A stretch of DNA of 64,000 bases from Octopus vulgaris. Taxonomy: Eukaryota. The translations under genes and the position numbers were made by a program. The notes under the pieces are model-generated. The model saw only the letters and a list, made by a program, of their open reading frames with translations, ran no database searches and was not told where the DNA came from. The number at the start of each line of letters is the position of its first letter. Position 1 is the stretch's first letter. The stretch lies in NCBI GenBank assembly GCA_951406725.2, contig OX597822.1:53134001-53198000 (forward strand). The letters are read 5' to 3'. Positions 1 to 12,352 of the stretch are shown piece after piece.

Positions 1-38
1 CTTCTTTTCACCTTGTTTCACATTTATGTGTTTACTCC

Positions 39-78
<40 letters not shown>

Positions 79-280
79 GTATATATATGTTATCTTACCG
101 TTTTATCAATATATATATATATAAAGTGTATATATATATATATAAAGTGCTAAGTGTAGATATTAGACCTTGATCTTAGCCATTAAGTTTTTGATTTAAC
201 TTACAAAACAAAGTTCAGCAAATTCAGTCGTATTTTTCGTAATTCAACACTTTGAAATATATATATATATCTACGGATAT

Positions 281-730
281 TCTTTTATTCTTTTACTTGT
301 TTCGGTCATTTGAATGCGGCCGTGCTGGAGCATCGCCTTTAGTTGAGCAAATCTCAACTCCATGTCCCCCTACATGGCCTTGCTATTTGCTTTTGAGCCA
401 AATTAACTAACTAACTAACTAACAAATCGAGCCCAGGACTAATTCTTTGTAAGCCTAGTACTTATTCTATCTGTCTTTTTGCCAAACCTCTAGGTAACGG
501 GGACGTAAACGCACAAACATCGGTGTCAAGCGATGGTGATGGGTGGGGACAAACGCAGACACGCAAGTAACATACATATGTATACATACGACGGACTTCT
601 ATCAGTTTCCGTCTATCGAGTCCTCTCACAAGGGTTCGTCGGCCCGAGGCTATAGTGCCCCGCAGTGGGAATGAACCCGGAAGGTGAGGCTGGAAGGCAA
701 GCTTCTTACTACACAGCGACTCCTGCGCCT
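281..730 (-). mobile_element. tRNA-derived SINE, family A (GGCGCAGGAGTGGCTGTGTGG head, AGTAAAAG tail)
   Basis: Reverse complement matches the copies at 50300 and 62129 in head, body and tail. A foreign segment with (CTAA)n interrupts it at about 355-420. Confidence 0.8.
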
Positions 731-733
731 ACA

Positions 734-771
<38 letters not shown>

Positions 772-1405
772 GCGTGTGTGTGTGTATGTGTGAATGTATG
801 TGTATGTATGTGTGTATGGAGATGCAGGTGTGTATGTGTGTTTGTGTGTTCATGCGTTTGTGAGTGTGTGTATGTGTAGGTATGTGTGTGTGGATGTACG
901 TGTGTATGTGTGTATGTGATTATGTGGGAGCACACCGTCACAGCTGTGAAGTATGAATAAGGTGACCTCAGCTCGAAGGATTTACAAGGGTCATATTTTC
1001 ACAAGAACTCGACATTTTTTGACTCCTAAGGCATTCCATTTCTTTATTCCTGATAGACTAATCTCTTCTTCCTACCATTTTCAACTACATTTTGTCTTCT
1101 TACTCTTAAACTTTACCTTCCTTCTTCTTTCCTCTTGCTTTTCTTCATATTCTTTTTTCCTTCCACCACTTTCTTTTTCCTTTTTATTTTTTATTCCTTC
1201 TTTTTTTCACAGATGCTGCTATATTTACATTTTGTAATCTTTTATTATTTTTTATATCATTTTTTTTATATTAAGCTTTATATTCTTTTATTTTCTATCT
1301 TATATTTTCTATTAAATATTATACCCCTAAAAGCCATCTTTATTAATTTTTTCGAATATGCTACACGGTACCAAGAAGTTTTTTATTATTATATATACAT
1401 GCATG

Positions 1406-1444
<39 letters not shown>

Positions 1445-1480
1445 TGCATGTATATATACATGCATACAGACATATATGCG

Positions 1481-1535
<55 letters not shown>

Positions 1536-1564
1536 GCGTGTGTGTATACATATCTATACATACG

Positions 1565-1772
1565 TCGTGGCACACCTTCGGTTAATACGACGAGGGTTCC
1601 AGGTGATCCGATCAATGTAACAGCCTGCTCGTGAAATTAACGTGGTAGTGGCTGAGCACTCCACAGACACATGTACTCTTAATGAAGTTCTCGGGGAGAT
1701 TCAGCGTGAAACGATGTGCGACAAGGCTGGCCCTTTTGAAATACAGGTACAAGAGAAACAAGAAGAAAGAGT
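1565..1772 (-). mobile_element. SINE fragment, family C central block plus tail
   Basis: Shares gagcactccacagacac...gattcagcgtg...gacaaggctggccc with 8900-9020 and 27740-27930. Confidence 0.7.
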
Positions 1773-2130
1773 AACTGTAAACATTATACTTAAAAAGAAA
1801 ATTATCCCCACAACAGCCATCTCTACTCATTTTTTCAAAAAAAAAAAAAATATATATATATATATATATGAATACATACATATATGCATATATGTATATA
1901 TACATGTACATATATATGTATATATATATATATAAATATACATACCTACAAACGTTCACATACATATATACATACGCACAAACACATACACATACATACA
2001 TGCATACACACACATGCATGCATACATACGTACATGCATACATACATACATGCATACATACGTACATACATACATATGTCCATACATACATCCAAAAGCG
2101 AATTCCAAAAACGAAATATATACGTAGATA

Positions 2131-3388
2131 CGAGGGGCGTTCAATAAGTAATGCCCCTGACCCACTTCCCATAGCAGTAGAGCAACGGAACTTGGCACAG
2201 TTATTAGGCTTTGTTTACATAGGAACCACCCAGAGTTACGCATTTCTCCCATTGTTTGATGCAGCTCTGGAGACCGTTTTTGTAGAAGACCCTAGCTTGG
2301 TCCTCCAACCACGACGTGACTTCAGAAATCAAGGCTGCATCATCTGGGAAACGCTTTCCTTTCAAAAACAACTTCATGGCTGGGAAGAGGTGAAAATCAG
2401 AGGGTGAAAGATCAGGAGCGTAGGGGGGTTGGGGGAGGAGTTCATAGCCGCACGCCTGTGCTTCTGATCTGGCGACACGCGAGTTGTGGACCGGAGCGTT
2501 GTCCTGCAGGAGGAGGATGCCTTTGCTGATCTTGCCCTGCCTCTTGATTTTGATAGCTTCTCTTAATTTCCTCAAAAGTGAAGCATAATAGATTTCCTGG
2601 CAAGGGTACCACAATTACAGGAGCCTGTCATCACTACTCCGTCCTGGTCCCAGAAGACTGTGAGCATGACCTTGCCAGCTGAGGGCTGCACCCTTGCCTT
2701 CTTTGGAGGAGGTGAGTCACGGTGCTTCTACTGCATTGACTGGGCTTTGGTCTATGGATCATAGTGATGGACCCAGATTTCATCCTGAGTAATCAGTCTT
2801 TTGAAAAATTTTGACTCATCTTCTTGGCACATCTCCAAATTCATCCTCGAGTACTCGACGAGTTCTTGCTTCTGAAAAAGTGTGAGAAACCTGGGAATCC
2901 ATCTGGTAGACACCTTTTTCATATGCAAATGGTCATGAATGATAGTTTCCACAGACCCGGTTTTAATCTTCACCTCATGAGCTATTTGGCGAATAGTTAT
3001 ACGTCGATCTTCCAAAATGGCAGCCTCAACTTGACGGACAGATGCCTCATCAATTGCAGAAGGGGGGTGACCAGATCTGGGAGCTGTTTCCACAGAGTTC
3101 CGACCATGTTTGAATTCACAATGCCAGCGTTTTACAAGGGCATATGATGGGACATCATCACCATAAGTTACTTTAATTTCATCAAAAGTCTCCCGTGGTG
3201 TGTGTCCTTTCAAATACAAAAACCGGATCACTGCTCGACACTCAACAGGCTCCATTTCACACTTGACTCAGTTCAAACACCTGTAAATCAGAAACCACAA
3301 TTAGTCCAGAGCTGTAATTTGCCACTTACTCTATAGAGATATAACAACTACAAGTGGGTCAGGGGCATTACTTATTGAACGTCCCTCG
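2131..3388 (-). mobile_element. Full-length mariner (DD34D) DNA transposon, inactivated
   Basis: 37-bp TIRs at 2131-2167 and 3352-3388 with 1 mismatch, TA on both sides, length 1258 bp. Confidence 0.97.
2204..3255 (-). pseudogene. mariner transposase pseudogene
   Basis: Motifs WIPR, ITQDEIWV, LQDNAPVH and YAPDLSPSD, with 34 aa between the 2nd and 3rd Asp. Two TAG stops follow HYDP and QSMQ, and there is a 35-bp internal inversion. Confidence 0.95.
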
Positions 3389-3422
3389 TATACATCTCTA
3401 TATATAAAACTTTATATATAAA

Positions 3423-3547
3423 GGCGCATGGCTCAGTGGTTAGAGCGTCGAGCTTACGATCGTGAGGTTGTGAGCTCGAATCCCGGACCGGGTAACTTTC
3501 TAGGTGCAATCCCATGGTCATTCATGACCGAAGGGGGTCTTTACCCC
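3423..3547 (+). mobile_element. Internally deleted tRNA-derived SINE (head fused to tail)
   Basis: A box TGGCTCAGTGG and B-box-like GCTCGAATCCC, joined directly to the tail seen at 8695-8750 (-). Flanked by tttatata(ta)aaa duplicates. Confidence 0.8.
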
Positions 3548-4303
3548 TCTTTATATAAAACTGAAATGCGTTTGGACCGCTTGGATCGCTTTCAAGGCCA
3601 CTATATTCCGTCGGATTGACTCCAAAATTTGCAGGGACATGTAAAATGAGGTGACGATGCCCATGGGCTACGTTACAAATCCCTATCTTAAAAGGTGTCG
3701 TTACTAGGGCCAAAAACCCACTTTGACAAGTCCACTCCCATTCTGTCTTCCTCACTCACTCACTCTATTTCCTACCTTCCCAGCAATTTTTCACTCACTC
3801 TATTTCCTACCTTACCATCACTTTCACGTCGTCAAACGGCGTTCTTTTATGTATCTGTCTGCATTCATAGAGATAATTATCATCGCCACCACCAACACAC
3901 AATCATGACAACAAATATTATGAATCTCGCCATCGCATTCTATTGACTGCCTGTCAACGCGCCGATGGAGCAAATACAAACAGAACACACCAACGAGCGT
4001 TCGTGTTCTGGTGATAACGTAGGTTTTTCGTATCTATTACATTTTAACATTCATTTAGAACCCTGCAAATTTTTCGTGCTAAATTTTCATTTTTTACTAC
4101 TTTATTAGTTTTTCTTAAATTGATGCTTTTATTAAAATTAATTCTAATTGTCTGGGTCAACAGTTCGTTTCCCCAGAGGATTTGGAAATTCCTATTACCC
4201 GTCAGAGAAATAACTCCAGCAGCTCACAACTATTTCAACAAAGACAAGGTTACCTGCTTACCAGTCGAATTCAGCGTCAACGCTCACGTATGAGAGAGAG
4301 TCC

Positions 4304-4370
<67 letters not shown>

Positions 4371-5147
4371 ATGCAGACCTATGTTAAAAGTGCTGGCAAG
4401 TTTGCATGACAACTATTTTTTTTCCTCAAAGGAAAGGCGTCACCTCTAGGACAAAATTCCTCATCTTATAAAATGTGGCCCCAGTAGACCCAAATGAAAT
4501 CGGGTTATATTAACCAAAATGTGAAAAGGGGTCTAAATGGGACAGGAAGGGGATTAACATTTAAAGGAGCGGGTGTTTAGGAATTCTTTGTTACATCAAG
4601 CTAAAAAATTTGCGCCAGCCTTTTAATCGTTGATGTGTTGCCGTCCATGATTAAGAAGTTTTGAATGCTTGCCATGGTGAGTCTACTGTCGTGAGAAAGA
4701 ATCACTTCAAAACTTGGTCTTTAGGGATTTTCTTTTACATCAAGTTCAAAATTTTACGCCAGCCGTTAAACTGTCAAAACGTTGCTGTCCGTCGTTAAGA
4801 AATGCCAGCCATGGTGACTCTACTATCCTCAGATTCTATCCCTTCAAACTTTGGTTTCCAATATTTTATTATTTTTATTCAGCTCGCAAGTTCGTCTGTC
4901 CCTTTTAAATGTTAGTGTTTTGCTGTCTGCCTTGAAGCAGACCTTTCCGTTGTTACTGCCTGATATTTATGATTGATCTTTCTAAATATTTTATTTCTCA
5001 ACTTACTCAAGATCTTTTGTTGTTTATAAATGGGAGAGAGATAGATAAAGATAGAGAGTAAGAGAAAGCGAGGGAGAGTCCGAGAGAAAGGAAAAGTAAG
5101 AGAGTGGGAAAAGTGAGAGAGAAAGGAGAGAGAAACAAAGAGGGTGA

Positions 5148-5452
5148 ATCATCATCATCGTTTAACGTCCGTATTCCGTGCTAGCACATGTTGGACAGTT
5201 TGACCGGGGTCTGGGAAGCCAGGAGGCTGCACCAGGCTCCAGTCTGATCTGGCAGTGTTTCTACAGGTGGAATGCCCTTCCTAACGCCAACCACTCTGTG
5301 AGCGTAGTGGGTGCTTTTTTCGTGCCGCCGTTACAAGTCCCAGGGGGACTGGGAGCGGCCACGATCGGTTAGTGCTTTTTACGTGCCACCGACACAGAAG
5401 CCAGTCAAGGCGGCGCTGCAATCGGCCACGTTCGGATGGTGCTTTTTACGTG
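5148..5452 (-). mobile_element. 5'-truncated SINE-like retroposon with (GAT)n tail
   Basis: Minus strand carries ggttggcgttaggaagggcat, has internal repeats of gtgctttttacgtgcc, and ends ggacgttaaacgatgatgatga. Confidence 0.6.
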
Positions 5453-5533
5453 CTGAAAGAAAGCAACAGAAAGTAACAACCACACTCTTACCCGCGCGTA
5501 GAGCGGGTCACCTTCAGCTGGTATATGTATATA

Positions 5534-6700
5534 TCTACTACATATCGGTGTGCGTTTGTGGCGTTGTTAACTAACTCCTCTTGCATCGTTTTATTGATTT
5601 TGATGGAACTTGACACGTGAGTAGAACTCATGTCTGGAAACCTCGTGACATACTTAGATTGTTAAAAAAAATCGATAATACGGCCTCTGGAAGGAAACTT
5701 TATATTTACCTCATATGACTAATTTTTTAAACACCCATAGCACCTGTACAATAATTTTAAACACTCAAGGGAAATAACCCATTTCATTGTTTATGTTCGA
5801 TTACTTTGAATATTGATTTTTTTTGTCAGTCTTATTTTTGCAGACAATATCTCTTTTATTTGAGATATTATTTATATCTACTTTATTTGACACGTGAGTA
5901 GGACTCATGTCTGGAAACCTCATGACATACTTAGATTGTTGAAAAAATAATATGACCTTTCCAATGAATCCGTCTATATACTACATATTACTAATATATT
6001 TTTTAAACCACCCAAAGGAAATAACCCGCACCACCTGTAGATTTTAGCGAAGGGATCAATATTTGATTCTCTGGATCAGCCGCCCTAATTCTTCATTTCT
6101 CTACTCACAGTTTTGAACTGCTAAGCATTATTATTGCTCTTCCTTTATTTGAATCTTAAATGAATCTTAAACATTAAAGACTTCATTCATACATTTCTGT
6201 GCATACATACTTTTTTTAATGCCCATACTCTGATAATTCTCCATTTTTACTGTTACACTTTTTCCATGACAGTAGATAAATTTTTCATTCCACAACATAT
6301 TTGTAGTGGCTTCATGCAGGCATAGTGTGGATTCGATCCTCGATTGCCAAATTTCACTTAACACTTTCAAGCTTTTCTCACGGTAAAGTTTTTCTGTGAA
6401 TGACAGCAGTTATACATTTCCAAAATGCCTTCGCTAAGCAGAATAATGTCTTTGCCTCTCGCCAACCTCCGACAACCTCTCTCGCCAGCATCCGACAATC
6501 TTTCTCGCCAACCTCTGAAAACCTCTCTCGCCAACATCCAACAATCTGTCCCTCCTCCAGCTGACAGCTTTTTGTACATTTTCGTGACGGAAAATGCATC
6601 TTTTGTGACAGTTATAACGAAATTGTTTTCTTTTATCAGAGTAATAAGGCATTTTAATAGAATATCTTTACCCCCGGTAATTACCGGGTACACAAACTAG
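5534..6700 (+). mobile_element. Non-autonomous Helitron
   Basis: A|TCtacta start and a perfect 3' hairpin cccggtaattaccggg followed by CTAG|T. Internal 53-bp duplication (about 5610 and 5887) and about 21-bp tandem repeats at 6455-6545. Confidence 0.8.
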
Positions 6701-6751
6701 TGTATACATATATGTATCTATGCATTTACATATATGCATATATATATATAT

Positions 6752-6942
6752 ATTCTCTTGTTTGTTCCAGTTGTCCTGACTGTGGCCATGCTGAAGCGCC
6801 GCCTTTAGTCGAACGAAAATGGACACCAAGATTCCTTTGTAAGCATAGTACTAATACTATCGGTCTCTTTTACCTAACCGCTAAGGTACGGGACGTAAAC
6901 ACACCAACATTGGTTGTCAAGGGAGGGTGGGGCAAAAACAGA

Positions 6943-6987
<45 letters not shown>

Positions 6988-7157
6988 GCATATATACGAC
7001 GGACTTCTTTCAGTTTCCGTCTATCAGATCCACTCACAAAGCTTTGGTCGGCCTGGGCTATAGTAAAAGACACTTGCCCAAGGTGCCGCGCAGTGGGAAT
7101 GAACCTGGAACTGTGATTGGTAAGCAGGCTACTTACCACACAGACACTTCTGCGCGC
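6752..7157 (-). mobile_element. SINE family A
   Basis: Homologous to the 50300-50712 copy. Confidence 0.85.
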
Positions 7158-7159
7158 TG

Positions 7160-7267
7160 CGTATATACATACATACATACATACATAAATACATACATAC
7201 ATACATACATACATACATACATACATACATACATACATACATACATACATACAAACATACATATATG

Positions 7268-7341
<74 letters not shown>

Positions 7342-7501
7342 AATATATATATATATATATATATATATGCATATATATATACATATATATGCATATATAT
7401 ATGTATATATGCATATATATATATACATATATACATATATATATATATATACATATATGCATATATATATATATATATATATATGCATATACACATATAT
7501 T

Positions 7502-7572
<71 letters not shown>

Positions 7573-7640
7573 GTACATGTATACATACATATACGCATAT
7601 ATACATCTATGTTTCATGTATGTATGTATGTATATATTTA
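7160..7640. repeat. (TACA)n/(TA)n compound microsatellite
   Basis: Direct inspection. It explains the YI/MYVC ORFs in the track. Confidence 0.95.
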
Positions 7641-8247
7641 TTTGTATAGTCAAAAGATGCAACCATCAGAATCGAAAAGCGGAAAACAAAATCAATAGCT
7701 TGAAATAAAAAATATTCCTTTGTATTTGTTTCGCCGGAATTTCGCAAACAATTCTATGCGTTGCTGTAGCTGTCAGAAACGTATCATTTGTATGAGAAAC
7801 ACAACGAGAATTATGCATTTTATGAAGGTTTTTCAGATGCCAACATTATTTCATCTGGAAGGCCTTAAAAGGGTTGATGATGGGCTTAAGTGCTTTAGTG
7901 TTCCAAACAAACTGCAACGAACTCAGCGAAATTTGTGGAGAAAGAAAGAAAAAAAAGAAAGCAAGAAAGAGAGAAAGAAAGAAAGAAAAACAGAAAGCAA
8001 GACAAAAAGAGAGAAAGAAAGAAAGAAGGAAAGAAAGGAACAAAAGGTGTAAGGGAGTAAGGGAAAAAGAAAGAATGATAGGAAGAAATTTAGAAAGAAA
8101 GAGAGAAAGAGAGAAATATAATCTTTAATAAAAAATCTAGAACTGAGTCGTGTTTACATTGGTGGATCTTCGTCGTTTGACAATGAAGAATCAGTGGTTG
8201 GATCAACTGAATTATCTACTCCAGAATCAATTACATACAGATTTAAA

Positions 8248-8680
8248 AGTTTGGCACAAGGACAGCAATTTTGGGATGAGAGCTAAGTCGATTTCATCGA
8301 CATTGGGGCTCCGCTGGTGCTTATTTTATCCCGAAAAGATGAAAGAAAAATTTGATCTCGGTGGAGTTTGAACTCAGAACGTTAAGACAGGAACAATGCC
8401 GCGAAGTATTTTGTCCGGGATACTAACGACCCTGGCAGCTCTCTGCCTCGAATTAATTAAATATTGATATCGGATTGCAGCACAAGGACAGCAATTTTGG
8501 GAGGAGGGGTAAGTCGATTTCATTGACCCTAGTGCTCAGCTGATAATTATTTTACTAACCCCGAAAAGATAAAAGACAAAGTTGGCCTTGGCGGAGTTTG
8601 AACTCAGAACGTAAAGACGGACGTAATGTTGCGAAGCATTTTGCCCCCCACATGCTAACGACTCTGCCAGCTCATCGCCT
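8248..8680 (-). mobile_element. Two tandem SINE family B copies (GGCGGCGAGCTGGCAGAATCGTTAGCA head)
   Basis: Repeated ttctgagttcaaa...tttcggg...cgac...ccttgtgc units. Confidence 0.8.
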
Positions 8681-8694
8681 TCAGAGACACATGT

Positions 8695-9201
8695 TGTGAC
8701 TCCTTTCGGTCATGAATGACCATGGGATTGCACCGAGAAAGTTACCCTCCGAGGCACATGTCTGGGTAAGGTTGTTTATGGAAGACCAGCAGTCGCCCAC
8801 GCACACCAGCCTCCCCTCTCCACGCCGCCGATGTTATCCAAGGGAAAGGCAAAGGTCGATACAGCTTGGCACCAGTGACGTCGCAGCTCATTTATTAACG
8901 TGCAAGTGATTGAGCACAGACGCGTGTACCCTTAACGTAGTTCTCTGGGGAGATTCAGCGTGACACAGAGTGTGACAAGGCTGACCCTTTGAAATACAGG
9001 TACACCAGAAACAGGAAGAAAGTGTGAGAGAATGTTGTGGTGAAAGAGTACAGCAGGGTTCACCACCACCCACTGCCGTAGCCTCGTGGAACTTTAGGTG
9101 TTTTCGCTCAATAAACACTCAAAATGCCCGGTCTGGGAATCGAAACCGCGATCCGACGACCGCGAGTCCACTGCCCTAACCACTGGGCCATTGCGCCTCC
9201 A
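8695..9201 (-). mobile_element. Full-length tRNA(Arg-like)-headed SINE, family C
   Basis: Head GGAGGCGCAATGGCCCAGTGGTTAGGGCAGTGGACTCGCG...TTCGATTCCC. 13-bp TSD cagagacacatgt at 8682-8694 and 9202-9214. Confidence 0.9.
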
Positions 9202-9374
9202 CAGAGACACATGTACCCTTAACATAATTCTCAAGCAGTGTCAGCGTGGTACAAAATGTGTACCTGTATTCCATTAGGTAGATTTTACCTGTATTGAAAA
9301 GATACAACCTTGTTGTATATTTTAAATCCAGGTAAAATTTACCCGATGGATAGCTTCCTTTTTCCCAATTTTTC

Positions 9375-9872
9375 CATGCATGCATATATACATACATACG
9401 TACGTACGTACATACATACATACATACATACATACATACATACATACATACATACATACATACATACATACATGCATACAACTTTCTTTTGATGCATTGA
9501 TTTGAAAATATTGTAGGCATTATAAGGCAGAAGTGTTACGATGTTCACTTCATGAGCACGAAACGCCGGGTTCGATCCCACAGCTATGCCATTTTGGTCA
9601 AATATTTCGTTTAGAAGCTAGAGGAAATTATATTTGACCAAAATGGCATGACTGTGGGATCGAACCCGGCGTTTCGTGCTCATGAAGTGAACATCGTAAC
9701 ACTTCTGCCATATAATGCCTACCATATTTTCAAATCAATGCATCAAAAGAAAGTTGTATGTATGTATGTATGTATGTATGTATGTATGTATGTATGTATG
9801 TATGTATGTATGTATGTATGTATGTATGTATGTATGTACGTACGTATGTATGTATATATGCATGCATGCATG
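9375..9872. repeat. Long inverted repeat (about 230-bp arms, about 24-bp spacer) containing two convergent tRNA-like sequences
   Basis: Arms are reverse complements with few mismatches, and the ORF track shows the same peptide on both strands. Confidence 0.95.
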
Positions 9873-10329
9873 TATGTATATACGTATGTATAGATAGATA
9901 CATAGATAGATATACATATATCATCTCTTGTCCATGTCTTTCTTTCACATTACAGTATCTCCCGCCCACACACTTTCATACATTTATGTCACGCCCACTT
10001 TCCTCTCGTTTTCCTTTAATAATTACATACAAGCACCAAGACACATAGACACACATTCGCACACACTGTATGTATGTATGTATGTATGTATGTATGTATG
10101 TATGTATGTATGTATGTATGTATGTATTGATTGATTGATTGATTGATTGACGTATGTATGTATTGGTACATGTGTATAGGTTCTTTTTACTTTTAGAGTA
10201 AATTTTGACTGCGCACCGACTTGGTAGGCGGGCTGTGAAGTTAAGTATCTTGTTATAACTATCATCCTTTAAGTCTTAAGGTCTTGTATATTTCTATAGT
10301 CCTAGGAGTCATGACCAATTTGTAGCACA

Positions 10330-11207
10330 TGTATGTATGTAAGTATGTTTGTTATTGTTCTGTTTATTTCAAGATTTCTTGCCAATAGAGAAAGAGACGG
10401 TTTCTAACCTAGATTCAAGGCTCCTTGATTGGAATTTCAACGTCAACAACAGGGTATTTTTGTTTGTAAGTATGTATGTATATATGCAGATTTGTATGTT
10501 CTGTTTTATGTATGTCTTCTCTTGCCTATAGTTGCATATCTAAACAGTCTCATATATATTTAAATGATAAGCTTCTGGAAAGTTTTACAGATTTTTATGG
10601 TTCCAGTGATTTCTTGGGTTTCTAGTCTTCGAATTAGCTTTCTCTTTTCTGGTTTTGAGAAGCCTAATTTCTCAAGATTGGTATTTAGGGTATTTAGGCA
10701 GTGTGTTACATATCCCAGGACTCAAATAATTACAGGTATAAACTTGAACTTGTAATCTGGGTAGAGTAACTGTAGATTTCTCAATAGTTCAGCGTAAATA
10801 TTCTCTTTTTCACAGATCTTCAGCTTTATGTTAACATCCACTGGGCAGCTAATTTCTACAACTGTACACAGTTTCTCTTCTCTATCCCAAATCATTATAT
10901 CTGGTCTGTTGTGCTTACATTTTATTCAGCTTTTCACTGGGACATTCCAGCAGTACTTCTTTTTATTATGAGTGGCTATGTCGTCTACCATACGGTGGGT
11001 TCTTATTTCTGTGTCCTCGGGGTTATGCTTCCGATGGCTTTCATTTTAGAGTGTCCTAGCTAGGACATCATGTCTCATCGGTAGATAATACCGTGATGAC
11101 ATTTTCGGACAACTGCTTATGATGTGGGTGTTATATTCAGTGTGAACTTCACAAAGTCTGCATCCTTTGTCATATTTTACTGTTTTTCCTGCATCTCTGT
11201 CCTTTTT
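10330..11207 (-). mobile_element. 3' fragment of an RLE (R4/Dong-like) non-LTR retrotransposon in (CATA)n
   Basis: Minus strand encodes CRLC...HIISSCPKMSSRYYLPMRHD, HNRPDIMIWD and KENIYAEL-like RLE motifs. (CATA)n lies on both sides. Confidence 0.8.
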
Positions 11208-11440
11208 GTGTATGTATGTATGTATAGTAAATGTGTATGTGCTGGTATGACTAAAATAGGCCAGTTTATCGAGTCGAAACTCTGCATGTCAGAAACGAAA
11301 CTTAGAGGTTCGATGCTCAAAGAAGATAAACACTGTACTGTGACTGAGGTTTATTTGATTGATGAAGCCTTTGAAGCTGATACTCCAGCATGATTGCAAT
11401 CCAATGGATGAAAGGAATAAAAGTATAAATGCAACAAAGA

Positions 11441-11800
11441 ACAAGAGCACTTAGAGAGAGAGAGCAAACTTCCGCAAAAGCAACGCCAACGTCCTCTCAA
11501 CGATTAGCCAGAGATGATTTTTAAAATGAATATCTGAAATAAACTCGAAGCTCTCACAAACGAGAATACTAAAAGTGAACCCGACCATTCTCAAAAAATT
11601 TAATGAAAAAAACAGGAAAAATAATCCAGAATCCCTACCCGGTACCGGATCGATCCCAAAATCTAATCAGTTACAAGGCAAAACATCTCTGAAAGTTTCA
11701 TCCGAATCCATCCAGCGGTTCTTAAGATATTTTGTCCACGGACAAAGGAGCAAATAAACACGACTGAAAACAATACCTCTGCTAAGGCGGAGGTAATAAT
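11441..11800 (-). mobile_element. Helentron-associated non-autonomous element (HINE/DINE-1-like)
   Basis: 5' palindrome tacctccgcc...gaggta, subterminal gcggaag, and 3' stem gctctc...agtgc plus tcttgtt. A second copy lies at 31095. Confidence 0.7.
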
Positions 11801-12118
11801 TACGTTTTGTACTTAGTTTTGCAAAATTGCTATTTTTTGTAATATTGTGGGATGGTTATTAAACCAATACAAATCACATGGACTATATCTGTTTCGCTTC
11901 GCTTATTATGATTAGTGAAGTAGTTATCCGTTTCATCAATTAAATAATCGATTCTTTCAGTAATCGTTCGTCAATCAATCAGCCAGTAGAGGTACATCAG
12001 AGTCCTTTCATCACCATTTACGAACTTTCAATGACATTGCTTCGCTACTACAAGACTATTTGTCGACCAGTTTTCACATACTATATTCATCAAAGAATCG
12101 GTTAGTTAACTGCTTAAT

Positions 12119-12352
12119 CAGTAATTCTCAACCATTTTCCACTTATGGACCCGTTTCATTTCAATTTTACCCGGATGGAACTTCTTAGTCATTTGAAGTT
12201 TAAAAAATCATAATTTTATAATTAAATATTATTAAGAATTGTATTTAAGAAATTATTAAAATATTTTGTCTATTATAGAAGTATAAAACCAATCTGTTGA
12301 AGATAAATTTTAACAAGAAAAGTCTTATATGGACCCCGGATGAGAACCACTG
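12119..12352. mobile_element. hAT-type MITE
   Basis: TIRs cagtaattctca and tgagaaccactg, with imperfect TSD gcttaat/ggttaat. Confidence 0.6.

Larger units (their letters stand above)
3395..5521 (+). mobile_element. Non-autonomous Helitron with nested insertions
   Basis: A|TC(tc)tatatataaaact start. The 3' hairpin acccgc-gcgtaga-gcgggt (5490-5508) is followed by CTGG|T (CTRR). The two ends are paired by inference. Confidence 0.6.

Noticed and set aside
650-2130. ORFs rich in YI, HT, MYVC and CV repeats (also at 6700-7700, 9170-10270, 13850-14600 and 63535)
   Set aside because: These are translations of (TA)n, (CA)n and (TACA)n microsatellites that are open in several frames.
3423-3490. tRNA-like sequences here and at 9130-9200, 20950-21018, 27995-28066 and 40520-40592 as tRNA genes
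   Set aside because: Stems are imperfect and each continues into a SINE body. They are SINE heads.
6455-6545. Short repeats with variable spacers resembling a CRISPR array
   Set aside because: About 21-bp tandem minisatellite inside a Helitron in eukaryotic DNA, with no unique spacers and no cas genes.
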